Assembly: GCA_000934665.2 (NCBI GenBank)
Contig: KZ539080.1
Coordinates: 1-34,165, forward strand
From: Catajapyx aquilonaris
Taxonomy: Eukaryota
DNA length: 34,165 nucleotides
Reading direction: 5' to 3'
Of the stretch, positions 33,892-34,165 are shown in pieces (the stretch's first letter is position 1; every line of letters starts with the position of its first letter). The notes under the pieces were generated by a model that was not told where the DNA came from, did no database searches, and worked only from the letters and a program-made list of their open reading frames with translations. Both the position numbers and the translations under genes were made by a program.

Positions 33892-34165
33892 CAGCGGCGG
33901 ATTTCCCATTAGGCACAGTAGGCACTGGCCTAGGAGCGGCAGCGAGTTGCAATAAATATATTTCTCAAATACAATAATAGGAAATTAAGGCGAGATCACT
34001 AAGAAAATCGATTTTTTGAGAGCTTGATTTGCCACTTCAGGCAGAAAAGGTAATTGCCGAAGGGCGGCCATAACTTACAATATAAGATTTTAAAATAAAA
34101 TAACATTAAATGAAGGAGAGAACACAATTTAAAAATTTGCATTTTTAAGCGTCAGGCCGGGGGGG
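33892..34165 (+). mobile_element. hAT-like MITE left end running out of the window
   Basis: cagcggcggatttcccattaggcacagtaggcactggcctaggagcggc. Confidence 0.5.

Overview
AT-rich, repeat-dense eukaryotic DNA, most likely arthropod. It holds two convergent host genes. On + is the last coding exon of an off-track/PTK7-like receptor tyrosine (pseudo)kinase (2004-2318). On - is a multi-exon cap2 2'-O-methyltransferase CMTR2/adrift (exons 13302-11756, 11540-11077, 6695-6589; its 5' exon(s) are not securely located). Most of the remainder is transposon-derived: five full copies plus one tail-only copy of a tRNA-derived SINE with sequence-variable but pairing-conserved hairpins, a V/Meta-domain-like SINE, piggyBac-, mariner-, Harbinger-, hAT- and Sola-like MITEs, a decayed Sola-like transposase element caught in a ~6.9-kb fold-back inverted duplication, a second 2.5-kb long-TIR element, and a dead LINE RT interrupted by three nested insertions. 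I cannot demonstrate a new biological system from sequence alone. The best leads are the covarying SINE RNA structure, a SINE dimer inserted inside the otk 3' splice site, the giant palindrome upstream of the main CMTR2 exon, and a dispersed copy of the putative otk 3'UTR. All family assignments come from recalled motifs and manual reading, not from database searches.
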